Assembly (NCBI RefSeq): GCF_964204645.1
Contig: NC_134026.1
Location: forward strand, 17,766,150 to 17,830,149
Length of the DNA: 64,000 bases
Direction of reading: 5' to 3'
From: Tubulanus polymorphus
Taxonomy: Eukaryota; Animalia; Nemertea
Part shown: piece by piece, positions 14,078 through 27,944 of the stretch
Layout: the number at the start of each line of letters is the position of its first letter
Position numbering within the stretch: the stretch's first letter is position 1
Notes under the pieces: model-generated
Told to the model about the DNA's origin: nothing
Database searches by the model: none
The model's input: only the letters and a program-made list of their open reading frames with translations
Program-made: the position numbers and the translations under genes

Positions 14078-14869
14078 AAAAAAGTCGAAAATTCAAAAAC
14101 AAAATCCATGTTTTTCTCAAATTTTGATCAGTTGTTGTGTGTGCCGTTTTGGTTTTACATGTTTAAATGTTTTAAATCTCAAAGTGAAACAACTTTCACT
14201 CACAAGTCACACAATGAAGAATAATAGAATACACTGTCTTCTGAAAAGGACCTTTTGAAAATTTTTAATAGGACTTTCCCAGAATTTAAGGAGTTTCAAG
14301 GAGTTTATGGATATTTCTCAAAATTAAAGGATTTTCAAGGACCTTGAAAAATATATTCAAAAATCAAGGAGTTTTCAAGGATTCAAGGAGTTGTAGGGAC
14401 CCTGCATTTTATTAATTTAGTCTGTATTGGAAATCCCTATAGGCCTAGTGGCAATCAATTCAATTCAAATCAAATCAATAAATTCTCCGGTTCGCGATTT
14501 AAATCATCAAAAATTTTATTACAAAACACGTTTTCAAAGTCAACAAGGAAACTTATTAATTTACTTAAGTACAAAGGTTTGATTTGACACTAAAATCAGT
14601 TGTTGCATTGCAATTAACAGGAGTTAACCTCTCTATATGATACTTTAGCGTCAGACGTTGTAGGGAACCGTAACAACGACTGGTATTCAGACTAAGCCAA
14701 GTTTTGACCCTGACCACTTTAACCTTGACCTTTGACCTATTCCTACTACGTATGGGACAAGAAGGGTTGATAGAATTATTATCCCAATATTCATTTCCGA
14801 GAAGGTTTATGTCAAAAAACTAGCCAACCATAACTTTTGACCAATGCCAAGCCCGATACAAACATTTAC

Positions 14870-15253
14870 CCGTACTGTCGGCGTCCACTGGCACTGCCTG
14901 CCTGCCACTTTCTTAAAACTTAAGATTTTGTCTTTCAAAACTAACAACGTAATTTACAACGTAATTTTATTTGTCTCGTGGGTCGTTTACTAAAAACGAC
15001 CCACGAGACAAATGGTTACAGTTCTACAACAAAGCGCCAACGTGAATTACAAGAATTTACCAGTTTACCTTGATTAATTATTCCAGTTCGGTCTAACTAA
15101 CAAATCGTCAATGCTTACATAATTAATGGAAAAGTTCGAAATGGTACGCTAATCGACTAAACCACCACCTGCTGGCGACTCTCCAACTAACTAATTTGTA
15201 AATTAAGAAGCGAATATGAATAACTATGAAAACAATGCTTCAACGATGAATTG
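14870..15253. promoter_or_regulatory. Probable divergent promoter with non-coding first exons of ISCA1 (-) and CAPSL (+)
   Basis: Minus-strand donor G|GTAAAT at 14870/14869 and plus-strand donor TTG|GTAAGT at 15253/15254 point away from each other ~380 bp apart; both first coding exons are preceded by acceptors; palindrome tttgtctcgtgggtcgtt..aacgacccacgagacaaa at ~14970-15012. Confidence 0.45.
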
Positions 15254-16215
15254 GTAAGTCATTCAATTTAGAACTGCACCGAGGAAATAATAAATGGATT
15301 TGTAATAAAAAGGTAACGTTAACGTTATGCTTATATATCTTTTTAGATCAACATTTTTCATCGTTGTTGCTTCAAAGTATCAGTACTCACTCCATATGCA
15401 ACCAATATGAATAACTATAGAAATTGAGCGTTTAGTGAATGAATTTACAATATTAATTTGTAGAATAATGGAATATCAAATGGATTTAACATAATCGTCG
15501 TTGCTTTAAAGAGTTATTACTCTATATGCAACCAATTAGTAGTCATGGTTACAAAACCTCGATTCGAGTTGATTGCTAGGTAGAGGTTTGTTCCCATGCC
15601 TCACCGTAAAATACTATGACGTTGGCGTATAATTCGAACTATTTAAAATGAATATAAGCTGTTAAAAAATCTAGTCCTTACTACCCTTGTAATATTCATC
15701 AAATAAATTGAGTTTCTTGTTCAAAACGCAGAATTTAATTCCATTTAACTAAGTCAAACTTGGAAAATATACTAAACAATAAAACAAAATTTGAATTGAC
15801 AGATCCATGCGTAATTCGTTATAACCATGTCTCTACAAAATTAACAAACGCTATTACCCGATTACTTGAGCCTGCCCTTCTGCCCTGCCCGTGCCTGTTC
15901 AGGTGGTCAAAAACATTATTCTGACCCGGTCACAAATTGGTTTTTATCGACGACAGTACGGTAATGTATTCTTCACCTTTTTAAAAACTTACGTTAAAAT
16001 GTAAAGTGGTTTTGCGTTGCGTTGTGGAATTTTTGGAAGGAAAATTCTAGAATTTCTCTAGTAGCGGAAATTGGCCTCTTTAAAAAATGTTGGCATTTTC
16101 GTCAGGGTATGTGTCAGAAAATTTCTAAGTTATCTTAGATGAGTCAGCTACTGACTGTCACACATGCTCTCCGTGCGACGTTTTGATACGTAATTTTCGT
16201 TAATAATCGGCGGAC

Positions 16216-16742
16216 TAGTCTGAATACCAGTCGTTGTTACCAATGTGGACTAAATTAATAAAATGTGAAAATTCAATGTGTCTCTCTAAAATTACTCTAA
16301 ATGTTATTTTTTGTTGATAAAACGCATAAATTTTGGTCAATTTTAACCTTGACCTTTGACCTATTCCTGTTTGAAACAAGAATAATATCTGCATTGGCAC
16401 CAAGTTTAAGTTCGAATCCGTCATTCACACTCCCATCATGTACCACAGAAAGCCACCATATTTGTTATGTTGCTTCACTTCAACTGTTTTTTGAGGCGAC
16501 TAGTCAAAAGTTTTGAGCTACTACGATCGTCAAAAGCTACTTAGGATTACAAATTTATGCACAAACAATAGTTAACTTCCATCTGATTATAGAACAATCA
16601 GTTTGAGGTAAGTTGATGGTGTTTTAAGGGGTGAAATAGACGCTCAAAGCCTCGTCCCTCAAAATGAGGGACGAAAATTAACCTTATATGAGCACTTTCG
16701 CCCTAGAGGTTGTTTCACGAACAACGGCTAGGTACTAGACTA
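16216..16742 (-). mobile_element. TAG..CTA MITE with 9-bp TSD (AcademH-like), copy 2, uninterrupted
   Basis: Reverse complement of the 11411 element without its insertions; TSD tcggcggac at 16207-16215 and 16743-16751. Confidence 0.8.
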
Positions 16743-19700
16743 TCGGCGGACCTACCCTTATTATGCATCCAATTTGTTCAGTGAGGAATTTGCATGCAGA
16801 ATTAAACAACAATTTTTCCTTAAGTTTATTTTGTTTACATTTGAGCAATAGTTTACTCAGCATACCGCTTGTGTAAGGCCAAATAAAAAAAATTAGTTGT
16901 TAATCGTCCCCGCCCGACCCTACGAAAAATACCCGACCCAATTTTTTTTTAATTGTGTTCTATTTTGGTTCCAATCGAAAATATTTGCCATAGCTACTGT
17001 TTTATGTCGATTGTAGGACAGTATAGCAGCAAACAAAATTTATCGATCGACGAAGTGCGTTCACTGAATAACAAATTGAAGTAAATATTCGGTTATGGAG
17101 CATACACAGCGTGGATTTCCGGTTGTGGAGTGTATTTAGATCGATTTTAAAATCTTAGTTAATAAAGTTCTATGAATTGAATTGTATTTGTATTACTTGT
17201 GGCGCCACTCTTCCAGTCGCGTGCCTGTTGTGCAAATTGAACAATGCCACTTGTGATAGCTTCAATCGCATGGACGGGTCTTCGAGTCAAAATGAAGAGT
17301 TAAAATAAAAAATGTTTCGATGGAAAACCTGCTTTATTTTATCAATCGTATATCATTTACAACACTCGATCTAAAATAAAAGTTAAAAAAAAAACCTCCC
17401 GCCCTACCCAAGCTTTTTCAAAAAAAGGACGATAAACAACCAATTTTTTTTATTTGGCGCTCAAGAGACTTTGCTGTGACTTCATCACCTATTCATTAGC
17501 ATAACAAAACAATGTAGGTGGCTTTCATTACCCGTAGTGTGTATCAGTTTTCACAACCTGTCAATTACAATTTCCAATGAAAATCTGTCTCTTCAAATAT
17601 TCAGTAAGCATTTTCTCAAAGATCATACACTCACTCACCTTTTCCAAAATATGCCAATAACAACAAAGTTTGTAGATTATTTTCAAATAGGGATTGGTTC
17701 CGTCAAACACACCTCACGTATAAACCAGAGCCAAAAGCAACTGAAGCGTCTGTCGATTCTGATCTTCGCGTTATCTTGGTTTAAACGTGTACTGTGGGAT
17801 TGTTGTCTCTATTATGTGGCAGCACAACGTGGCAACTGATACACACTTCCGGTAATGAAAGTAAGGCCTATAACGCGTATTGATTATTAACGAAATTACG
17901 AACCAAAATGTCACCCGGAGAGCATGATGTGTGACACACAGTAGAAAGAACAGCCCTGTATTAAATGCTTAAAAATTAACCTAGTCTTTAGGCACCTTAG
18001 AGTTATTCTAAAATTCTCGCTCAGAAGTTATGAGATTTTTAAGATCTCAAAATGGCTAGATTTTTAATATTTTTTATGTATCTTTATACTTTTTTTATTT
18101 AGGTTATTATGCGTAATTGATTTCTAGCCCTATTTGATAATTTGATAAAATTTTACAAAATCTGTAAGAGTAATATGCTAAAGAATTAATTATTTAAGTA
18201 GATTCTATTCATCCCTACCCAGTGAATATGTATGTAAGTCAAAATATATCTTTTATAGGCCTTATTTTCCGAAAAGCATGTGCACTTTTTTACTAAAATT
18301 ATGACATCACCTGACTGTCCATACATCAACAAAATTTGAACAACAAAAAACTGCTTCAAAACGATGTTAGAATTATATAGCCTACTTGGTTCTCAAAAGC
18401 ACATACTGGTATACTTAGAAAACAGCCTAATCTTTCGATTATCCGTGGTAAGCAATACTTAGTGTCATGTTTCGATCCATAAGACAATGAAAAAAGATTG
18501 TACTTCTGAAATGGTGGACCACGGACCTCCGTTCTGGGTAAAATTTGATAGCGTTCTCCTCATTAGTTTTTAGTTCAGGTTACTAAGGTAACTTGAGTCA
18601 CCACCAGTGACTGTGTGAACTGATGAAAATCTCAGTATAGTTAACAAATAAAAACCCACTGTAGATTTGTAGAAACAGTTTATTTCCTAACAGTTTTGAG
18701 GTCAAAACTAAACCTCAACTTCAGAGGAACAAAAAATACAGTGGGTTTTTATTCACCACCAGTGCTGCAGTCACATCTCTCCATTGTAGTCTGTCCATTG
18801 CCAGAGGGCCGGTGTTTTCATTACCGGTATATGTACCATATTCTCCCAGGCAAGCGCCCTCTCTGCTGTTAACGCCCCCCACCTGTTCTTTGGAGATGAA
18901 GGAAACTCCATGTATGTAAAATGCATTTTTAACATTTAACTTGATTTACGCTTGCTAAGTGACAAATGAACCCACTAAGCTTTAGCCGTTCTTCTTGACC
19001 TCACAACTTGTTAGAGTCGTTACTAGCCGACGTTGGAGTCGTTACTAGCCGGATCAGGTCGGGTCAATCACAGCGCTTCTAACAAACAACATTAGGTTTC
19101 CATGGAATTTCCAGGTAAATGGACCAATCAACGAACACGTAGCGAACGCAGAAGTATTGTCGCGTGTTGATATATGACGTCATGCGCAAAAGCGCCAGTA
19201 ATGAAATTGCCTGTAGTGAGGCCAGGGGGTACGCACCGCACCGCTAGCAAGCAAGCGAGGATGTCTTCAAACGGGAACTACGAGCAATCATCTCGTGCTC
19301 GTAGAAGTTAGTGTATCTCCAGCCATTCCGCATTTTCCCAATCAAAACTGTTTGACTTTTTCCCAATCTGGGTCAAAAAATTTCCAAAACCGGTAGAATG
19401 ACAAATTGTAAATTTGAAAAATGGCCTGCTAAGCTTCCCCCAATCATCTCATTAAAATTATCAACACCTTATCCTGGCCACAGCTCAGCAGGATGTCATA
19501 ATTTTCACTGAAACCATCGCACAAATGCTGTTGAATTGCACCATTTTCCTGCGGATTTTTCAAAATTTTCTAAATGGTGTTTACCAAGGATCTCCGTGGT
19601 AAACGCCCTCTGGGTCTCTTGCCAAAAATTACAAATTATTAAGGGGGCACTTGTCCGGGAGTATACGGTACTTCAAACTTTCAAATCAGTTAGAGACAGT

Positions 19701-20954
19701 ATTTGATTTGCAAATAGGTTTCATTATTAATATGCCGACTCGCGTTCAGATATATTAAGGGCTTTGAACTCACAACTTATCTTCAAACCACGAGTACTTC
19801 AGCAATGGGGTACCGGCAACGTTACTGTGGTAAAGCAAAATTCCAACATTATCCGCCAGGTTTGCTAGAGTACAAAACAACGTCAACGCTGGATTTCTTC
19901 TCCAACTCAATTAAAATCTAATAAATTTCTCAAATTCAATGCATGATGTATGAAAATCGTGCCACATAGACTAATCAAGAGTTTTTTTTTATGCATGATT
20001 TGCCTAATTTTTGGATTGGAAGACCGAAAATCGAGATTAGTTTAAGTTACTTTAAAATGAACTAATTTTGATCAAGTTTGTCTGATATCTCAGTGGCGCC
20101 ATCTGAGAAGATAGCTGGTGTGCCGCTTTTCCATTCAATGAAATTTAGAAGGAGGCTGAAACCCTGGAATTCCCTGATATCATACTAGGGAATCCTGAAG
20201 GTAGCCTACTCCCAAAAATAAGCCAACCACAGCGATTCTGGTGGAGGATACCCCTGGGAAAGCCACTAGGCGTGAATCAGCAGCAGAGAATGAATGGATG
20301 GCAGCATGGATTGCATAGTTCCCACAGGCCAGGGGAATTGAGAAAAACTAGGGAATTTTGAAATGATAATTCCCAGTTTGAAAATATTTTGGAATTTGAA
20401 AGTTTTGAAGTTTTCCTCAAATCAGGGAAATATTTGGCAAATTCATTAATATTTCATGTCAGTATTGTTATTTGCCAAGGGAAACTTTCTTCAGCGATTT
20501 CCCTTGAAAATTACCTATGGATCAACCAGTCACCACTCAAATGTTGACTGTAGCATGATGGTATCTGTTCATTTCCATTTGGAAAAATTGAAAAAACACC
20601 CATGAAATACTTAGGAAGTTTTAATTTATGTTAATGCAGGAACCATGGAATTCCACTGAATTACAGGATGGGGCTTAGGACTACGATTCGTACAAATAAT
20701 TTCAATACGGATTTATTGCAAGTTACAGAATTATTAATGCAAAAAACCCATTAGGCCTATCAAGCCACATTTTGCTACTAGGTTTTACTTAACAAAACCG
20801 TATGGGGTACCATATATTAGGGGACATCCAGGGACGAGGGTATCCTTCAGGCTCATAGGCCTGTGGATGAAAGGAAGACTAGGAGCTCTGTTAAATGTTT
20901 CTACTATTATTAATAAAGAATAATTTTCTTACAGTTAATCAATCAAACTCAATA

Positions 20955-21091
20955 ATGGCAGCTACTGAACGAGGTAACAGAGAATTGATGCAAAAATCAG
21001 CAGAAGAAGCAAAAAATGCGAAAACTCCAATTGAAAAGTTACGTTGTCAGTGTTTATCTAGAGGTGCCCATGGAATCAAAGGATTAGGAAG
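20955..21091 (+). CDS. CAPSL: Calcyphosin-like EF-hand protein, coding exon 1
   Basis: Acceptor ttcttacag at 20934, ATG 20955; MAATERGNRELMQKSAEEAKNAKTPIEKLRCQCLSRGAHGIKGLGR with the calcyphosin motif PIEKLR.QCL.RG..GIKGLGR; AG|gtttgt, phase 2. Confidence 0.92.
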
Positions 21092-21967
21092 GTTTGTCGA
21101 AATAGAGCTATTTGAGTCAGTGAGGAAAACCCGCTACCATATTCATGATGAATAATCGTTCATGTAGTTGTGAGTGATGAAGATGGTATCAATTGACAGA
21201 TTTTCATGAAAACTTCTGGATTCAATCATGGGGGACATCTTAGGCTTTTTTGATTACTTGGAGTACGGATTCTCTGAAATTCTGCCAAAAAACTTCATGC
21301 CGAAGATAGGTAGGCCTATGCATTTCCATTCATAATTCGAAAAAAGACACTTTTTTCTTGATATTTTTGGCGTCCTTATTTCCGATCTAATTATCTCTGA
21401 AAAGTCAGTCTTCTATCATTTGAATTCAATCCAATAGTTTTCACTATTTTTCATTTGTTCTGCTTATAATCTCTAATCTAGAGTACCAATGTTTAATTCA
21501 GATGCTGATTAATTATACTCATGTAAATTTAGGAAAGTCCGTATTGAGAATTTCGTTTCTTGTTGGTGTTTTTAAGTTATTAGTATTTAGTTTTTAACTA
21601 TTGAATGACAGCAGCACCTGTCAAAGTGAAATATTGGTAACATGCGATACACCGCACTGTGGTGTAGACGCATTAGAAGTTGGCCATTATTCAACACACT
21701 GGGTTGGATTCTCCAGGGAATTTTAACAAGTCAGCAATGAAAGGGTTAAAACCAACATTATACACATTTCAGTATGATTATTTAATTGATATACAATTTT
21801 AATCATATCATCACCAGTGGTTTATTGGCTTTATTGCAGAGAAGTGACAGGATCATATAAAACATTAAGTTCATTGATTTCAGAAATGTTGCTTTATAAA
21901 TGCAGTGATAGACTATACTAGACTACACAAAAAAATCCAGAGAGATCATTATTTCAATTTCTTGCAG

Positions 21968-22145
21968 GTCATTCCGAATAATGGACGATGATCGCAGCAG
22001 AAGTTTAGATTTTAATGAATTCAAAAAAGGAATTGAAAACTATGGCTTGCAGCTGGAAACAAATGAAATTCGTGAGATGTTTGAAGAACTGGATCGAGAT
22101 AACAGCGGAAGTCTGGATTTTGAGGAATTCTTGAAAGCTGTGAGA
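21968..22145 (+). CDS. CAPSL: CAPSL coding exon 2 (EF-hands 1-2)
   Basis: cttgcag|G; SFRIMDDDRSRSLDFNEFKKG...ELDRDNSGSLDFEEFLKAVR|gtgagt; not in the ORF track. Confidence 0.95.
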
Positions 22146-22204
22146 GTGAGTATTTAGGATCATTAAATCTTAGTAAAAAAGTAGAAAGTCTATGGGAAGG
22201 AACT

Positions 22205-23289
22205 TTTTAGCTCCGCTGTGATGGAATGTCAGCTGAGCTGCCGCCGTCTCCGTCTCTCCGTCCGTCCAACTTTTACTTTGAATCGCTAGTAGTCCTTAAG
22301 TTCTTATTTGATCATTTCCAAAATTAGTATGAATATTCCATGGGGGAAGAGCTACAAAATAGAGCCACTTATTGGATTTGACCCCCAGGGGTTGCCCTAC
22401 AGGCTGTGGCCCATATTTTTATGAATCACGACTAATCCTACAGTTTTTGTAGGATGGAGATATAACTTTGTACCAATGATCTGTGGCCTAAGGCTTAAGA
22501 CAATATAGAAGAATTTTTTGGATTTTACCTCCAGGGGTGCCCGTAGGGGTGGGGCCTGTATTGCTATGCATGGTTCCCACAGAACAGGGAAATTGGGAAA
22601 AACTTGGGAAATTTGAAATATTAATTCCCAGTTTGGAAATATTTGGGAATTTGAAAAATTTTCTCAAATCAGGGAAATATTTGGGAAATTCATTACATGT
22701 CACGTGTTGCATTTGCCAAGGGCAACTTTCTTCAGCGATTTCCCTTGAAAACCACCTTTATCAACCAGTTACCACTAAAATGTCGACTTCAGCATGATGG
22801 TATCTGTTCATTTCCATTTGGGAAATATTTGGGAAAAACTTGGGAATTTTCATTCATGTAACTGTGGGAACCATTGGCGATTAGTCCTACAGTTTTCGTT
22901 CAATCAATGCAAAACCTGGTACAAATGCTCCGTTGGACAGGGTCTAATGCAATATAGAGCTATTATTTGGATGTGACCCCAGGGGGTGGCTTAGGGCCCA
23001 TATTTCTATGAATCATTTCTTGTTTTCTGAATGTTAAGGACAAGCCTTAAAGACTATAGAGCCGTATTCTTTTATTTGACCCCATCTATCTGGGTGAAAG
23101 ACTACAACGATAAAGACCCCTTGTTTTAGGATTTAACGGCCAGGGGTGGCTCTACCATGTAGGACCCATATTTCTATGATTTGTTACTAATCCTCCTCGG
23201 GTACCTTAAGTAATGGGGCAAGTAGATAAATCATGAATAATGAAGTAAACAAGACACAGCGGAGCTTTATCAGCCGATAGGCTGCATTT
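22205..23289 (+). mobile_element. HINE-like element (family 4) with nested MITE at ~22569-22876
   Basis: 5' subTIR agctccgctgtg followed by (ccgt)n; 3' subTIR cacagcggagct plus palindrome cagccgataggctg; T-rich flanks. Confidence 0.65.
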
Positions 23290-24898
23290 TATTTCGGTAG
23301 GCCTAATGTAGGCTAATTAATTAACCCTCCTATCAACAACTGCTAGTCTCGATAACCACCATGAAAAATATCTTTGTAAGGATTAATATTCATGCAATTA
23401 TCTGCAACATTCACAGGTTATGAGTCCACTGGCTATTTCATTTCACTATTTGTCCATTATCTGTTGGTTGCTTGTTTGTAGACGGCATGCCGTTATTGTA
23501 TCCCCAGTAACAGGGGATATTATGGTATTTCCGTCGAGTACTGTACCCTTTCCTATGGTTTTTGCCAATATTTTCTAAATTTGGATTGATCGCCAATGGT
23601 TTTTCTATACGACCCGGCCCTGCGGTATTGCATTTAGCCACCGGCGAAATCCCCCATCTTTTTTCTTGGCGTTCTCGCAGTAGAACGCGTTGGATTTTTT
23701 CGCCGTAAAAATCTGGGAATTAGGATATTAGGGAGTTTTCACTCTCATAACGGTGAGTCCGTTCGGTTTGGGGGTTATCCCTAGTTTCTATTTTTCCGTA
23801 AGAATTTTATTAGGGTTTTCTGTTATTTCACAGAAAACCCTATTGATATCCGCGTGATTATTATTATTATTATTTTCTTCCACACTATTTTTACCAAAAG
23901 AACATAGGCTTTGTTACCTTACCGCTGTTTCATATACAATCCATATAATATCGTTCAGCTCACTGAGATCTACAAATAGCCCGCGTGTTTTTTCACGAAT
24001 CATCGTTACAAAAGCGCTGTCGGGCCGTAAACATCGAAAATTTAGCCCCATTCAATGGGGCGACATGTTTTTCGAGTCGTCATCCCGAAATCAACCCGCA
24101 GGCCGACTGTCACTTCGATTATCAATTCAAGTATAAATGAACTAATTTATTGCCGCAGACTTCACATTCAGTCGCGGTCTTCAAACAGTGATTTTAACAA
24201 TAGCCCATTTTCCTCATCAGATCATATTACCGATACACTGGAAATTAACTACTTTAGATTTTAAAAGCTCTGTCGAGCCGTAAACATCGACGAATCGACG
24301 TGTGTTACTACATCGTCGTTCCGGGGATCAGCTGCGAGTTTCTCCTCATCATGAGAATCAAATCGAGTACAAATTAATTTATTACTACTAGTGATTTGGC
24401 TGCGGGTTTCAAGGAGTTAGTTTAACAATACCTATTTTTCTTTACCGAATTAACCGTGTATTTACTAAGATAAATCTTTAGTGTACCGGGGAATCGTAGG
24501 CCTAAACCAAACACGCCGAAGATATATAGCGGAGAAAAGCTGTTATGTCGACGAGGTATCAAAATAAAAGAATATATTACTTTATTCGGCCGCGGGCTAC
24601 AAACTCTATACCAATACCATCAATACTCTATATTTCCTACAGTACATACCGATCATTGTCAAATGCACAAGGTATTTACTAAAAACAAGTATATAACACA
24701 CTCCTTTCCGTATGCTGGACTCACACTTGACATTCGGAGTAAGCGTTCGCTGTGGGGGAAAGAAGATCGTTCGCTGTGTCGCTTGAAGTGTTTATCGAGT
24801 TTTACGCGGCTTTAGGCCTACCGGTACTGAGCTATACTAAAACACAGTATAATTGTTGCCTTTATTAACGGACTCATTGGATTGAACTTCAAAACAAA

Positions 24899-27637
24899 AA
24901 TATAGCTGCAAAGCAGCGATAACGGGTTTTCTGCACAGTCTTTGAATCCTGTTCAATGGTTAATACAGTTTTTATTAGAGGAAGCTCGACAAACAGTCAA
25001 TTAGACCTTCTTGAAACCATGGACAACTGAACCAGATGTCCTATTTGACTCTGGAAAATCGACTGTTAGGTGATAATTACTCTTTATGATTTAGCATTTA
25101 ATAAGGTACAACATCAGCCATTACTAAACAAGGCTATTAGGAAACAGTATCAATGATAGGTTGCCGAAATGGCTCAGCATTATCTCTGAACGAAAACTTG
25201 TAGCCGAAATCAACGGAACGCTTCATCTTGGATTAAGTCGGTCTAACTAGTTGAGTCACGCAAGGTAGTATCCTAAGTCGTCTTCTGTTTAATGTCCTGA
25301 CAAATGACATACACAGTAATCCAAAATATACCAGACCGAGTAAATTTCCAAAACGACCTTAACACGCTGTTCGACCAAAAAACTTAATGATCCGACAAGA
25401 AAATCTTGTACGCTTTTTGTTTGAACCAAAACTTTTCTTCATTCTGAAAGCTTTGTTATTGTTGAAATGAAGAACTTTTTGTCCCGGCAAAAAAATTTGG
25501 TTGAGCGAAAACAATTTTTTCGAACGAATGTTTGAATGAAAACAATTCTGTTTGGTTGAACGAAATACTTAATACTTTTGGTTCGGAGAAAAAACTTTTT
25601 ACAATATACTTGTTCAAACGAAAAACTTAATGTTCTGAAAAGAAAATTCTGATCAAATTCAAACGATTCTGTTCAATCGAACAATTGTTCGAACAAAAAA
25701 CCTTTCGTTTGGACAAAAAAAAGTTTGTTCAACTTTGTTCTAACGTTTTTTTCTAAATTGGTTCAATCGAACAGAATATTATTGGTTGGAATGAAATAAA
25801 TTTTGTTCCGACAAAAGAATTTTCAAGCGAAAGGTCTTTTGAACGAAAAAAAAGATATTTCTGGGGCTCCGCAGTAACTTAAAGCCGGACGTAGGTCAGC
25901 CTTGTGACGCGATGCGATCCTTGCGTTGCATCGCAAGTTTCGGTGCAAGTTGGTTGCGATACGATTGTCAGCGACTGTGTGCGACTAGTTTCTGCCAGTC
26001 GCAAGAGCGCGTCGGTTGGTTGTGACAGTCGTGTCGGGTCGCAGAAAGTAGAACACGTGCGACTCCTTGTGACTGGCGTTGCTGAAAGTCGCAACCCGTC
26101 ACAAGGGAGCGTAGGTCGATGAGTCGTTGCGACACAATCGTCGCTGGCGGTCGCAGTGATAGGCGTCGCAGTGAATCACAAGCCGTCGCTAGGCCGACCT
26201 ACGCCCTGCTTAAATCATAAGAAATTAATGAAATACCAGTTTCATTTATGATGAAAAAACTCAAATGAAAAGTCTGGCTTATAAAGCTGTCTGCTCAGAC
26301 GAAATTTTCAAAAAAATCTTCATTTTTGGCAATAAAATTGATAATTGTGATTGATCGTTGCAAGTCACAACCAGTTAATCACTAATTAACATGCATTTTA
26401 ATAAATCTTGATTCCTCCTTTACAGTGAACTTAGCTTTAACCTAGTAGAGGCTACTAGCCTATGTAGGCCTATGTATATGCGTAGGCCTAAAATCTGGAC
26501 AGATTGGTCGTAGGCCTATTGAATAACAACCCACCTAAATATCGTAAATTTTGTTTTGAAGTTCAATCCAATGAGTCCGTTAATAAACACAACAATTATA
26601 CTGTGTTTGTTTAGTAAAGCTCAGTACCGGTAGGCTTAAAGCCGTGTAAAACTCGATAAACACTTCAAGCGACACAGCGAACGATATCCTTTCCCCCACA
26701 GCGAACGCTTACTCCGAATGTCAAGTGTGAGTCCAGCATACGGAAAGGAGTGTGTTATATACTTGTTTTTAGTAAATACCTTGTGCATTGGACAATGATC
26801 GGTATGTACTGTAGGAAATATAGAGTATTGATGGTATTGATATAGAGTTTGAAGCCCGCGGCCGAATAAAGTAATATATTCTTTTATTTTGATACCTTGT
26901 CGACATAACAGCTTTTCTCCGCTAAATCTCTTCGGCGTGTTTAGTTTAGGCCTACGATTCCCCGGTACACTAAAGATTTATCTTAGTAAACACACGGTTA
27001 ATTCGGTGAAGAAAAATAGGTATTGTTAAACTTACTCCTTGAAACCCGCAGCCAAATCACTGGTAGTAATAAATTAATTTGTACTCGATTTGATTCTCAT
27101 GATGAGGAGAAACTCGCAGCTGATCCCCGGAACGACGATGTAGTACTACGCGTCGATTCGTCGAAGTTTACGGCTCGACAGTGCTTTTAAAATCTAAAGT
27201 AGTAAATTTCCAGTGTATCGGTAATATGATCTGATGAGGAAAATGGGCTATTGTTAAAATCACTGTTTGAAGACCGCGACTGAATGTGAAGTCTGCGGCA
27301 ATAAATTATTTCATTTATACTTGAATGATAATCGAAGTGACAGTCGGCCTGCGGGTTGATTTCGGGATGACGACTCGAAAAACATGTCGCCCCATTGAAT
27401 GGGGCAAAATTTACGATGTTTACGGCCCGACAGCGCTTTTGTAACGCTGATTCGTGAAAAAACACGCGGGCTATTTGTAGATCTCAGTGAGCTGAACGAT
27501 ATTATATGGATTGTATATGAAACAGCGGTAAGGTAACAAAGCCTATGTTCTTTTGGTAAAAATAGTGTGGAAAATAATAATAATAATAATCACGCGGATA
27601 TCAATAGGGTTTTCTGTGAAATAACAGAAAACCCTAA
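24899..27637 (-). mobile_element. HINE-like family 2 (inner copy), inverted, nested in the outer copy
   Basis: Both termini present in reverse; removing it restores caaaacaaaa|tttacgatatttaggtggg, the same string seen uninterrupted in the inner copy (26521-26560, reverse complement). Confidence 0.8.
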
Positions 27638-27944
27638 TTTACGATATTTAGGTGGGTTGTTATTCAATAGGCCTACGACCAATCTGTCCGGATGTTAGGC
27701 CTACGCATATACATAGGCCTACATAGGCTAGTAGCCACTTCTAGGTTAAGCGTTCGCTGTGGGGGAAAGGAGATCGTTCGCTGTGTCGCTTGAAGTGTTT
27801 ATCGAGTTTTACGCGACCTTAAGGCTTTATAGTATGGGCTTTATAGTATGGTTGCTGATAAGGGCCATGCGTAAAAAAACACGTATATGCAAATGAGGGC
27901 GACATTATAACAAAACGACAAAACTAAAATAAGGCGACAAAACA

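Larger units (their letters stand above)
11879..14404. mobile_element. CAGGGT-type MITE (5-bp TSD cattt) nested in the 11411 element
   Basis: Termini caaggttcctacaa ... ttgtagggaccctg, internal ttcaagga repeats, flanked by cattt. Confidence 0.7.
11411..14694 (+). mobile_element. TAG..CTA MITE with 9-bp TSD (AcademH-like non-autonomous), copy 1, interrupted by nested insertions
   Basis: Termini tagtctagtacc ... ggtattcagacta; TSD agccaagtt at 11402-11410 and 14695-14703; near-identical inverted copy at 16216-16742. Confidence 0.8.

Noticed and set aside
19080-19310. CpG-rich patch with CCAAT and TGACGTCA as the CAPSL promoter
   Set aside because: Lies within an element bounded by inverted termini (tacc..at ~18835 / atacggta ~19670), so it is more likely transposon-derived; cannot be fully excluded.
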